Shown: positions 17,115 to 26,984 of the stretch, one piece after another
Layout: each line of letters begins with the position of its first letter
Position numbering within the stretch: position 1 is the stretch's first letter
NCBI GenBank assembly: GCA_963675515.1
Contig: OY776328.1
Coordinates: 1,980,001 to 2,012,000 of the forward strand
DNA: 32,000 bases
From: Coprobacillaceae bacterium
GTDB taxonomy: Bacteria > Bacillota_I > Bacilli_A > Erysipelotrichales > Coprobacillaceae
Reading direction: 5' to 3'
Position numbers and translations under genes: made by a program
The notes under the pieces: generated by a model
Seen by the model: only the letters and a program-made list of their open reading frames with translations
Told to the model about the DNA's origin: nothing
Databases searched by the model: none

Positions 17115-17819
17115 CTAACCTCCTATTAGCGCTTCGATTAGATTTTTAAGCTGCTCGTAGCTTTCAACAATGTAATCCGCCTTGACTGTCGGATCATCAA
17201 CCTTGAAATCCCTGATTTTTAGCCAGATTGAAAGCAACCCGGCATTCTTGGCGCCCACAACATCAGCATGGTAGCTGTCACCGATATAGTAGACTTCCTC
17301 TTTTTGGGGTCCAAGCCGGTTGATGGCAATGTCGAAAATGCGGTGATCGGGCTTGTCGAACCCATAATGGCCGCTGATGAATATATGGCGGGGATCGAAA
17401 TATTCCTCCAGGTTGAGCTGGGTTATTTTTCTGGCCTGATGGCTACCAGGACCGTTGGTGATTATGGCTATTCTATGCCTGCTTTGTTTTAGCATGGCCA
17501 GGATTTCCCTGACTACCGGCTGGATTTCTATGCATCCTTGCTTTTGCCGGTAAGTATCATGAAACACCTTTGCAGCCGTATTGTCCATCGCGATGCCATG
17601 ATGTTTGGCCATCATCTTTGCACGAAGATGACCGGCCTGTTCCAGGGAGATTGTCTTGGCCTGGCTCATGGGAAAAACCTCGTCAGAAAACCGCCGGTAC
17701 GACTGATAAAGATCCCAGCACAAGGCAGGATCTTCAATTCCCAGCACTTCCTTAAGGGTCTTTTTGAAGGGATCCATGTAGTCGTAAATAGTATCATCCA
17801 AATCAAATATAAATAACAT
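17115..17819 (-). CDS. HAD-superfamily hydrolase (subfamily IA-like)
   Basis: ATG 17819 lies 7 nt after GAGGTA; the track ORF is longer. Motif I is FIFDLDDTIYD, motif II IITNG, motif III/IV K...GDSYHADVVGAKNAG. The substrate cannot be determined from sequence. Confidence 0.8.
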   Translation of the reverse strand: MLFIFDLDDTIYDYMDPFKKTLKEVLGIEDPALCWDLYQSYRRFSDEVFPMSQAKTISLEQAGHLRAKMMAKHHGIAMDNTAAKVFHDTYRQKQGCIEIQPVVREILAMLKQSRHRIAIITNGPGSHQARKITQLNLEEYFDPRHIFISGHYGFDKPDHRIFDIAINRLGPQKEEVYYIGDSYHADVVGAKNAGLLSIWLKIRDFKVDDPTVKADYIVESYEQLKNLIEALIGG

Positions 17820-17901
17820 TTTTTTATACCTCGGAGTTAATGATAACATAATTGGCGAAATTTGACATCAAAAAATTTTCAACCGCCAGAACGGGACGGA
17901 A

Positions 17902-17931
17902 ACAAAAAAATCTAAGAACAGATTCTTAGAT
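17902..17931 (-). terminator. Rho-independent terminator of corA
   Basis: A 9-bp stem ATCTAAGAA/TTCTTAGAT (17910..17931) is followed on the minus strand by TTTTTTTG. It overlaps the corA stop. Confidence 0.75.
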
Positions 17932-18875
17932 CAGAGCATTTTGCGCCGGCGCAGGATGATCAGAACCAAAACCGATATCATCACAATGCCAAAAACGATT
18001 ATGTAAAAGCCATACGGGGTACTTGACAGGGGCATCCATTTGCCCGACACGTTCATCCCGTATATCCCCGAGATGATAGTTGGAATCGACATCACCAGAG
18101 TCAGCGATGTCAAGAGTTTCATCACATTGTTCAAACGGTTGTTGACAATGGTCGAGATCAATTCCCGGGTCCCGTTGATGATGATCCGGTAGATGTTGGC
18201 CATCTCGATCGCCTGACGGTTTTCAATCATCGCATCGTCAAGATAGTCCTTATCTTCGGAATACTGCTTGAGCCGTTCGAAACGGGTCAGCCTCTCAAGG
18301 ACAAGCATGTTGGCTGAAAGCGAGGTGGAAAAGTAGACAAGATTGGATTCCAGCTCGTGCAAGTCGATCAGGTCGGTGTTTTCCGTTTCCTTTTCGATCG
18401 CCCTTTTTTCGATTACGGTCCGCCGTTTGTCAATCAGCCGGAGATAACTCTGGTAGACCGATCCTGATTTGAGAATGATAAGATAGACAAAACGCATCGT
18501 CTTTTTCGTTGAAAAACCTTTTATCACATTGCGCAGGAATATGTTCAAGACATTTGTCTCTTTGGAACAGACGGTGATAATGATATCATCGACCAGGATT
18601 ATTCCCAAGGGAATAGTCGTGTACGCCTGACGGTTGTTGCGCATTTCTTCAAGAGGGACGTCGATGAGCACCAGGGTGTAATTCGGTTCGACCTGAACCC
18701 GGGAACTTTCCTCCTCATCGAGTGCCGCCCGCAGGTCGACCAGATCGATGTCGAAGTGCATCGCTATCTCATTTACCTCTTCGCGCGTTGGAGCGATCAG
18801 GTTAATCCAGGATCCTGGTTCATAGACCGTTCTTTCAGTAATCACATTCTCATCAGTACGATATATTTTTTTCAT
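17931..18875 (-). CDS. corA: CorA-family magnesium/cobalt transporter
   Basis: ATG 18875 follows AAGGAG; the track ORF starts earlier. The cytoplasmic N-domain is followed by two C-terminal TM helices with the YGMN signature (SGIYGMNV). About 314 aa. Confidence 0.9.
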   Translation of the reverse strand: MKKIYRTDENVITERTVYEPGSWINLIAPTREEVNEIAMHFDIDLVDLRAALDEEESSRVQVEPNYTLVLIDVPLEEMRNNRQAYTTIPLGIILVDDIIITVCSKETNVLNIFLRNVIKGFSTKKTMRFVYLIILKSGSVYQSYLRLIDKRRTVIEKRAIEKETENTDLIDLHELESNLVYFSTSLSANMLVLERLTRFERLKQYSEDKDYLDDAMIENRQAIEMANIYRIIINGTRELISTIVNNRLNNVMKLLTSLTLVMSIPTIISGIYGMNVSGKWMPLSSTPYGFYIIVFGIVMISVLVLIILRRRKML

Positions 18876-18939
18876 CTGACCATTCTCCTTTCTCACCAAA
18901 TAATTATACTTCAATTTTGACTGTCAAACAACCCAATAT

Positions 18940-18973
18940 CAATAAAAGAAAAAGATTAACAATAAGTTAATCT
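18940..18973 (-). terminator. Rho-independent terminator of the 130-aa ORF
   Basis: AGATTAAC (18953..18960) pairs with GTTAATCT (18966..18973) and is followed on the minus strand by TTTTCTTTTATT. Confidence 0.6.
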
Positions 18974-19364
18974 AGATGTAAAGATAATATAGCATCTCCT
19001 CCATCGCCCTGGTTTTCAGGCGATAATAGGTCGAGCGGGAGTAGAGCTGTTCCCACCAGTCCCTGGCCGAGTTGTCCATGAACTCGCTTTTGATGATGTG
19101 CTTCGACTCAAAGGTGAGATTGGACACAATCAGTTCAAACGACCGGATTATGCCCTTTAGTTCATCGTAATCGTCAATCTTCTGGTTGAGCCGGTTGGCA
19201 TATTGGTTGTTGACATAAGGACTTTTGCTTTGGGATACGACAACCAGGCTGGTTGTGGGCATGTACAGGTCATGCTCCAGGTAAAACAGTTTTGATTTGG
19301 CCTTGTGATAGGCTTTGAAGACATCTTTCAACTCGCGTTCTTTTTCCTTAAAAGTTAGACTCAT
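18972..19364 (-). CDS. Hypothetical protein with ArpU/sigma-70-region-4-like C-terminal HTH (putative small transcription regulator)
   Basis: GGAGGA RBS lies 6 nt before the ATG. The C-terminus, DWWEQLYSRSTYYRLKTRAMEEMLYYL, resembles the W..YS.STYYR.K..A motif I associate with ArpU / MG284-like proteins. The assignment is from memory only. Confidence 0.4.
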   Translation of the reverse strand: MSLTFKEKERELKDVFKAYHKAKSKLFYLEHDLYMPTTSLVVVSQSKSPYVNNQYANRLNQKIDDYDELKGIIRSFELIVSNLTFESKHIIKSEFMDNSARDWWEQLYSRSTYYRLKTRAMEEMLYYLYI

Positions 19365-19420
19365 AAATTTTCCTCCTGCTTTTTATACATCAGTAAAGGA
19401 AAATTTACTTGAAAAAACTT

Positions 19421-20155
19421 CTAAATTATGAAATTTTCAACCAACTGGTCGATCTGGTCCTCTTTAAGTCCGATATCAAGAAGATACCCTCTGGCTGACC
19501 CGTATGTTTCATAGATATAGCCCAGCAGTTCGATCATGTGGTTGGGATGACTTGAAAGATACTGCTTGCTTTCATCCCCGACAAGGGCCTCAAGATAAGG
19601 CATCATTTCGCTTATATAGGTTGCGGTTGACGAGTAATTGGATACGATGTCGTATTCGAAACAACCCGCCAAATCCATAAGCAGCGCCGCGATGATTCCG
19701 GTGCGGTCCTTGCCCTGGGAACAGTGGAACATGATTGTATCATCAAGATGGTCCAGGAAGATCTCAAAGACCTTCCGGATCGGCTTTTTGGCCGCCTCGA
19801 TAATGAAGCGGTAGTAGCCGGTGAGTTCATCGTAATTCTTGATTGATTCATCGACGTCCCCAAGATCTCCAAGATCAAGCAGGTCGACATGGTAATAAGT
19901 GACCTGTTCGAACTCCACCAGCTGGTTGGGCTGTTTTTCCTGCTCGAAGCTTCCCCGCAGATCGACCACGACATCGACGCCGTAGTCAAGAAGCGCATCA
20001 ATGTCCTTTGCTTCCAACGTTGCGACATTGCTTGAGCGCAGATATTTATGGGCTTTGGTATAATAGCCCGACTGGGTCTCATAGCCTCCCAGATCGCGGC
20101 AGTTTTTCAGATTTGGAATTTTCAACAGTCTTTCTTCGTTTGTAAGTTGCAGCAT
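19421..20155 (-). CDS. Protein-tyrosine/dual-specificity phosphatase (Cys-based, Y_phosphatase3-like)
   Basis: ATG 20155 lies 7 nt after GGAGGT. It has the catalytic P-loop HCSQGKDRTG (C-x5-R-S/T) and the N-terminal NCRDLGG motif common in this family. Confidence 0.82.
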   Translation of the reverse strand: MLQLTNEERLLKIPNLKNCRDLGGYETQSGYYTKAHKYLRSSNVATLEAKDIDALLDYGVDVVVDLRGSFEQEKQPNQLVEFEQVTYYHVDLLDLGDLGDVDESIKNYDELTGYYRFIIEAAKKPIRKVFEIFLDHLDDTIMFHCSQGKDRTGIIAALLMDLAGCFEYDIVSNYSSTATYISEMMPYLEALVGDESKQYLSSHPNHMIELLGYIYETYGSARGYLLDIGLKEDQIDQLVENFII

Positions 20156-20201
20156 TTCAATTACCTCCTGCTTGATTATAGCATACAAGCCGACAAAAAC
20201 A

Positions 20202-20230
20202 TTGTCAAGCGAATGATAAGCCGGTATAAT
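20202..20230 (+). promoter_or_regulatory. Candidate sigma-A promoter of the cyclophilin gene
   Basis: TTGTCA (20202..20207), a 17-nt spacer, then TATAAT (20225..20230), 24 nt upstream of ATG 20255. Confidence 0.55.
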
Positions 20231-20254
20231 TGAAGTTGAATTTGGAGGAACATC

Positions 20255-20872
20255 ATGAAAAAATTATTGAGATTATTTGTTGCGGCCGGTTTGGCAATTG
20301 CCCTGGCCGGATGCGGTTCATCATCATCCACGTCGGATTCAAGCCTGATTTCCGCTGACAACACCGAAACTCTGACCGGCAAAGTCCATGTCGCCATCGA
20401 AGTCCAGGACTACGGGACAATCAAGGCGGAACTCAACGCCGATATCGCTCCGGCGACAGTGACGAATTTCGTCAATCTGGTAAATGAAGGTTTCTATGAC
20501 GGTCTTACCTTCCATCGGGTCATCGAGGGCTTCATGATCCAGGGTGGGGACCCGCTGGGTAACGGAATGGGCGGTTCAGACATGAATGTCGAGGGCGAAT
20601 TTTCAAGCAACAACATTGAAAACCCGCTGTCTCACACCCGCGGGGCGATTTCCATGGCCCGCTCAACAGCGACCAACTCGGCTTCATCCCAGTTTTTCAT
20701 CGTTCAGGCCGATACAACATCCCTGGATGGCAAATACGCTTGCTTTGGTTATGTGTACGAGGGCATGGACGTGGTTGACTCGATTGCGGCCAACACGCCA
20801 GTAACCGACAGCAACGGAACCGTACCTGCTTCTTCACAGCCGGTAATCACCTCGATCACTATCATCGATTAA
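20255..20872 (+). CDS. Cyclophilin-type peptidyl-prolyl cis-trans isomerase, lipoprotein
   Basis: It has a signal peptide with lipobox LAGC (MKKLLRLFVAAGLAIALAGCGSSSS), then FHRVIEGFMIQGGDP, SMARS and SQFFI cyclophilin motifs. Confidence 0.9.
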   Translation: MKKLLRLFVAAGLAIALAGCGSSSSTSDSSLISADNTETLTGKVHVAIEVQDYGTIKAELNADIAPATVTNFVNLVNEGFYDGLTFHRVIEGFMIQGGDPLGNGMGGSDMNVEGEFSSNNIENPLSHTRGAISMARSTATNSASSQFFIVQADTTSLDGKYACFGYVYEGMDVVDSIAANTPVTDSNGTVPASSQPVITSITIID

Positions 20873-20898
20873 GACAAGTCAACCAACTTGTCTTTTTT
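20873..20898 (+). terminator. Rho-independent terminator of the cyclophilin gene
   Basis: GACAAGT (20873..20879) pairs with ACTTGTC (20886..20892) and is followed by TTTTTT. Confidence 0.75.
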
Positions 20899-20904
20899 CT
20901 TTGT

Positions 20905-20930
20905 CAAAAAAAAGGACCGCTTGGTCCTTT
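20905..20930 (-). terminator. Rho-independent terminator of proS
   Basis: The minus strand reads AAAGGACC-AAGC-GGTCCTTT followed by TTTTTTT, abutting the proS stop. Confidence 0.75.
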
Positions 20931-22366
20931 TAATAAGCTTTGGCAAAGTAAACTACCTGGTGAGCCGGTTTCCCGCAAATCGGGCAGACATCGCCAAAAG
21001 GCTCTTCATCGGTCTTGATGCATCGTGAAGTAGCCGAGGTGTCTTCCTTGATTTTTTCCTCACATTCGACATCGCCACACCACATCATCTTGACATATCC
21101 GCCCTTGTTTTCAAGGACATCCTTGAACTCGTCATAAGTTGTCACCGGAGTGATATGGTCGTTGAGATGAGCCAGGGCTTTTTGATACATCTGTTCATGG
21201 ATTGTATCGAGCAGCGTGTTGATTGTAGCCGGGAGATTGTCATCAAGAGCCACCTTTTCTTTGGAACCGTCAATCCTTTTGGCCAGGATGCACTCGCCGT
21301 TTTCAATATCGCGTGGTCCCACTTCGATTCGCAATGGAACTCCCTGCATTTCCGCCTGGGCAAATTTCCATCCCGGTGATTTGTCGGAAGCATTGACTTC
21401 GACGCGGATTCCAGCCGCTTTGAGCTGAGCTTTGAGCTCATCGGCTTTTTCCAGGACCCCTTGCTTTTGTTGCATGACCGGAACGATCATGACCTGCACT
21501 GGGGCAACCCGAGGAGGGAGGACCAGACCGTTGTTGTCACCATGAACCATGATGACCCCACCGATAAGTCTTGTCGATACGCCCCATGAAGTCTGGTAGG
21601 CATATTCCTGTTTGTTTTCCTTCGAAAGGAATTTGATGTCGAAGGCTTTGGCGAACCCGTCACCGAAGTAATGCGACGTTCCCGACTGCAATGCTTTGCC
21701 ATCATGCATCAACGCTTCGATGGTATAAGATTCCTCGGCTCCGGCGAACTTTTCCTTTGGAGTCTTCAGACCGGTAACCATCGGTATTGCAAGCAGGTCC
21801 CTGGCCATGTTTTCATAGACCTTGAACATCCTCAAAGTCTCTTCATGGGCCTCTTCAGGAGTGGCATGGACCGTATGGCCTTCCTGCCACAAAAACTCGC
21901 TTCCTCTTAAAAACGGCCGGGTCGTCTTTTCCCAGCGCACGACCGAACACCATTGATTGTAAAGCTTTGGCAGGTCGCGATAAGAGTTGACAATTTTTGA
22001 ATAATGTTCGCAAAACAACGTTTCCGAAGTCGGGCGGATGACCAGGTTTTCTTCAAGTTCGTCAAGACCGCCACGGGTCACTACCGCACATTCAGGTGCG
22101 AAGCCTTCGACGTGGTCAGCTTCCTTTTGAAGCAAAGATTCCGGAATCAAAAGAGGCAGGTAAACATTTTGATGACCTGTTTCCTTGAATTGTCTGTTTA
22201 AGTGTTCCTGGATCAGCTCCCAGATCGCATATCCATAGGGACGGTAGATTATGAATCCCTTTACCGAGCTGTAATCCATCAGCTCCGCTTTTCTACATAC
22301 ATCTGTATACCACTGGGCGAAATCTTCCTCCATGGAACAGATTGCATCATTTTTAATTTTTACCAT
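20930..22366 (-). CDS. proS: Proline--tRNA ligase, archaeal/eukaryote-like type
   Basis: ATG 22366 lies 6 nt after AAGGAG; the track ORF starts at an upstream TTG. The N-terminus reads FAQWYTDVCRKAELMDYSSVKGFIIYRPYGYAIWE. It has class II motifs, no bacterial insertion domain, a C-terminal Zn-binding segment (CGDVECE...CPICG) and a terminal Tyr. About 478 aa. Confidence 0.92.
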   Translation of the reverse strand: MVKIKNDAICSMEEDFAQWYTDVCRKAELMDYSSVKGFIIYRPYGYAIWELIQEHLNRQFKETGHQNVYLPLLIPESLLQKEADHVEGFAPECAVVTRGGLDELEENLVIRPTSETLFCEHYSKIVNSYRDLPKLYNQWCSVVRWEKTTRPFLRGSEFLWQEGHTVHATPEEAHEETLRMFKVYENMARDLLAIPMVTGLKTPKEKFAGAEESYTIEALMHDGKALQSGTSHYFGDGFAKAFDIKFLSKENKQEYAYQTSWGVSTRLIGGVIMVHGDNNGLVLPPRVAPVQVMIVPVMQQKQGVLEKADELKAQLKAAGIRVEVNASDKSPGWKFAQAEMQGVPLRIEVGPRDIENGECILAKRIDGSKEKVALDDNLPATINTLLDTIHEQMYQKALAHLNDHITPVTTYDEFKDVLENKGGYVKMMWCGDVECEEKIKEDTSATSRCIKTDEEPFGDVCPICGKPAHQVVYFAKAY

Positions 22367-22391
22367 AGGTGTCTCCTTTAATTTCAATACT

Positions 22392-22422
22392 ATTATAATA
22401 CTATAATTCCAGGATTTTTCAA
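22392..22422 (-). promoter_or_regulatory. Candidate promoter of proS
   Basis: The minus strand has TTGAAA (22422..22417), followed 16-19 nt later by overlapping TATTATAAT -10 candidates (22400..22392). Confidence 0.35.
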
Positions 22423-22461
22423 GGTTATCATTTAGATGCCGGCCAATTATGTAAGTCCAGG

Positions 22462-22489
22462 AAAAAAAGCATGGTTTCCCATGCTTTTT
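22462..22489 (-). terminator. Rho-independent terminator of the GH1 gene
   Basis: GCATGG (22469..22474) pairs with CCATGC (22479..22484). It is followed on the minus strand by TTTTTTT and lies 2 nt after the stop. Confidence 0.8.
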
Positions 22490-22491
22490 AA

Positions 22492-23405
<914 letters not shown>

Positions 23406-23454
23406 ATAGCGATAGGTAAGACTTTGATGTTATCTCCATCTTTTCCCCCGCTCC

Positions 23455-23488
23455 ACACCGTGCATGCGACTTTCACCGCACACGGCGT
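23455..23488 (-). ncRNA. Group II intron domain V
   Basis: The minus strand reads ACGCCGTGT-GCGGT-GAAA-GTCGC-AT-GCACGGTGT. This folds into a 9-bp lower helix (with the conserved G-U), a 2-nt bulge, a 5-bp upper helix and a GAAA tetraloop. The catalytic triad positions read CGC. Confidence 0.8.
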
Positions 23489-23504
23489 TCCATCTAATTC
23501 TTCT

Positions 23505-25299
23505 TTAATTTATTTCAGTTAAATTACATCTCTTACGCAACATGTTCAGTTTTTTAAGCTGTGTTTTGTTTAGATTGAACTTTTTCAATAGCGTTTTTTC
23601 AGTTTCCTGATTATTACCGTGTATTAGTTTATGTACTTCTTTGTGAATAATGATTAGATTGTCAAAATTATCGGTTCCACCATCTCCAACGGAAACAATG
23701 TGATGACAGTGTATTTCCTCGGCCGTTAGAAACAACTGGGTGATTCCACAACGCCCTTTTTGCATTGAATACTTTGAGATTGTGTTATCCCGATATTCCA
23801 CACTTCCGTTTCCAATTGGCAGTTCCAGCAACCTCTTCATAACTGAGGTTACATTATTTTCTAATCGTTTATAAACTAATTTGCGCCCCTCTTGGGTATA
23901 GTTGCATATGTTTTGATTGAAGTTTGTCTTCAATTTCCACTGCGTATCCGCCAGTGGAAACAATGAAATGGCTCCAATCGTGAATGTGCGATAGTTATTC
24001 TTAAATAACTTCTTATACAACGGTGGGGGACTCCTGGGTACTTCATATTTAGCTATTGGTTTCAATCGGTTGTACAAGGTCTTGAGCGTCTGATGGTAAA
24101 CATTTCTAAAATCTATATTTACATGTGTTGCAGCTTCATAATAATTTCTTATCCCCAGTATATATGAATTATAATTGTGGATATTCTTGGAAATTGTATG
24201 ACGCTGTATCTCGATAACTCTTTTCCTTATTTCCGCTTTGATTTTTATTTTACTTTTCGCCGATACAAAGGTATTCGCAACGTACTTCTTGCGCTTTGGT
24301 ACCAGCTTCATTTCAAACCCCAAATAGTCCGACCTACGTTTCCTTAGATTGGTAATCTTTGACTTTTCAGGTGAAACATTAAGTTTAAGTTCATTCTTCA
24401 GATATTCCTTGACCGCATGATATATCCTTACCGCATTTTTATAACTGCAAGTGAAGACTCGTGCGTCATCGGCATACCTTACCGCATACATTTCTTTTAG
24501 ATTGGTTTTCTTGAGTACTCTATACTTATATGGACATTTATAATCAGCATTGAATGTTTCCCATTGATTGCTTATCCACCAGTCCAGATCGTTCAACACT
24601 ACGTTTGAAAGTAATGGCGAAAGCACTCCTGCCCTGTGGTGTCCCACAGTGTGGGACACCTACTCCTTTGATGGGAGCTTTCAGCATTCTACTTATAATC
24701 GTCAGTACCTGATTATCCTTGATGCCGATATTCCAAAGTTGTTTGATTAACTTGGTATGATTGACATTGTCAAAGAACGATTCGATATCCAAATCAACAA
24801 CATAGTGATTGTGCGTCATATTGGCGATATGGCAACATCTTGACAAAGCATTATGGGTTGAGCGATTGGCTCTAAATCCATATGAATGCTTATGAAACTT
24901 CGCTTCGCAGATTGGTTCAAGTATCTGTTTGAACATCTGTTGAATCAGTCTGTCATGCATCGTTGGTATTCCCAATGGTCGTAATTTTCCATTAGGTTTA
25001 GGTATTTCTACTCTTCTTACCGTTTTTGGTTTATAGTCCAATAGCGATAGTCTAATATCCTGAATAAATTTCTCAACGTTTTCTATCTTGTAATCATCAA
25101 TAGTAAGGCCGTCAGTGCCTTTAGTGTGACTTCCGGTGTTGCTTTTGATGTTTCGATAGGCGAGGAGTATATTGTTCCTGGATATCACCAGATTATAAAG
25201 ATCTATCCCGTAAGTATCATTGTTTAAACTCATTTGATACAACCAGTCAAAAGTTTCCTGCATACTGTAATATTCGTTGTTTCGTAATCCCGTGCTCAC
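23505..25299 (-). pseudogene. Group II intron-encoded protein (reverse transcriptase, maturase X domain, HNH endonuclease), interrupted by a 1-nt frameshift
   Basis: Two overlapping track ORFs lie in different frames. ORF 24544..25299 carries RT0-RT4 (RPLGIPTMHDRLIQQ, SYGFRANRSTHNAL, VVDLDIESFFDNVNH, GTPQG). ORF 23505..24659 continues with GVLSPLLSNVVLNDLD, YADD, the X domain and HNH (HCHHIV...NLIIIHKEVHKLIH). The frames meet at GGC-A-GGA (about 24630..24631). The likely real start is ATG 25263 (MQETFDWLY...). Confidence 0.85.
24638..24660. repeat. 23-nt perfect palindrome inside the RT coding sequence
   Basis: GGTGTCCCACA-G-TGTGGGACACC has 11-bp arms and a 1-nt centre. It encodes GVPHCGT immediately 5' (in the coding sense) of the frameshift site. 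Confidence 0.9.
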
Positions 25300-25969
25300 C
25301 GATGGATTATTCCTTTCGTTTAGAACAATTGTTTCCCATCATCTTATCAGACCCTGTGAGCTTCATTTAACTGTAACTGATTTTTAAAGAACCAGACTTG
25401 GGGCTATCCCTCCACCATTTTTCGTGGCTTCATCGGTACTGTGCCCCTACTTTCACGAGAATAAAAACACTTCGTTTACACTTATAGTTACCGTCCCGAT
25501 AACAGTCGTTTAATAGACGTTTCTCGCTTACAACGTTCCAAATATTCTAGCTTTACATTTATCCTTAGGTTCCTGCTATGAGCCTGATGAATTATACCCT
25601 CATTGTCGAGTATCTCGAATTTCATATCAACGATTCTTACTTTTCGATATTCATCGTTGCGCACGCAACATGCCACCTTTCAATAGCACGACTTTCTAGA
25701 CCCGTACATTCGCAGTTTCGTCAGTCCTTACACGGACATTCTCACCATAGATAATTTATAGCGTCCCGGCCTATCCTTTACCATATGATATATCACTTAG
25801 GTATTGTTCAGCCGACTTCACCTAGCTTCACACATAATTTTACTGTTATAACCTCATGCGTGTAGGAGTATCAGACTACTTGTTTCAGGCTAACATGACA
25901 GCCATCATTCCAAGTATTGAATATTCAGTTGTGATTTTCCTATTGGAAAATCCTCCCATTTCATGCCTA

Positions 25970-26530
<561 letters not shown>

Positions 26531-26803
26531 CTAAAATGATCCGAACAGATCGGATCCTCACAAAGATAATACCAAATTCAAAAAAAAGTATCATACTTTT
26601 TTAAATTTAGAAAATTATCTTCCCTGATTGGTCCTGCATTTTTCAAAATGACAACATTCTTGTCCCCACCTAGAACGCAAACACCTGGTATTTAAGCCGC
26701 ATTGACAAGAATAATGCAACCATTCCTAACAAAATCGAATTTAATGAATAATGATTCCATGATAATTACAGTTTAAGCAGGACTCTTAAAGATTGAAATC
26801 AAA

Positions 26804-26878
26804 TGGACATAGTTTATCCCCCTCTTCATAGATAGTTCGACTAAAGCCAGCGAAAAGGGAGTTATTAAACTATGTCCA
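26804..26878 (-). other. Long imperfect hairpin (candidate SDR terminator or structured RNA)
   Basis: It has 13-bp perfect arms, TGGACATAGTTTA (26804..26816) and TAAACTATGTCCA (26866..26878). The helix extends inward on the minus strand (CTCCCTTTT pairing with GAGGGGGG through G-U pairs) and is followed by ATTTGATTTCAATCTTT. It lies 107 nt after the SDR stop. Confidence 0.4.
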
Positions 26879-26984
26879 AAGATTGTAGACTCAAAACATT
26901 TTGAAAATTAAGGATGATTTTTAGCGTTGCAAAAACACATCCCTTTGCATCATGCCCCATATGTTGATGGGATTAATTATACTT

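Noticed and set aside
22367-22491. A possible T-box leader upstream of proS.
   Set aside because: Only about 125 nt separate proS from the preceding terminator. That is too short for a T-box, and I saw no specifier loop or T-box sequence.
24620-24660. Programmed ribosomal frameshifting in the intron-encoded protein.
   Set aside because: No slippery heptamer lies at the shift site, and the only strong structure lies 5', not 3', of it. A mutation or assembly error is more parsimonious.
23505-25299. The reverse transcriptase might be a stand-alone defence RT (retron, DRT, AbiK-like).
   Set aside because: It is embedded in a full group II ribozyme (GTGCG 5' end, domain V, domain VI). It has the maturase X domain and an HNH module, and excision restores the host gene. 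No msr/msd-like repeats or effector genes are adjacent.
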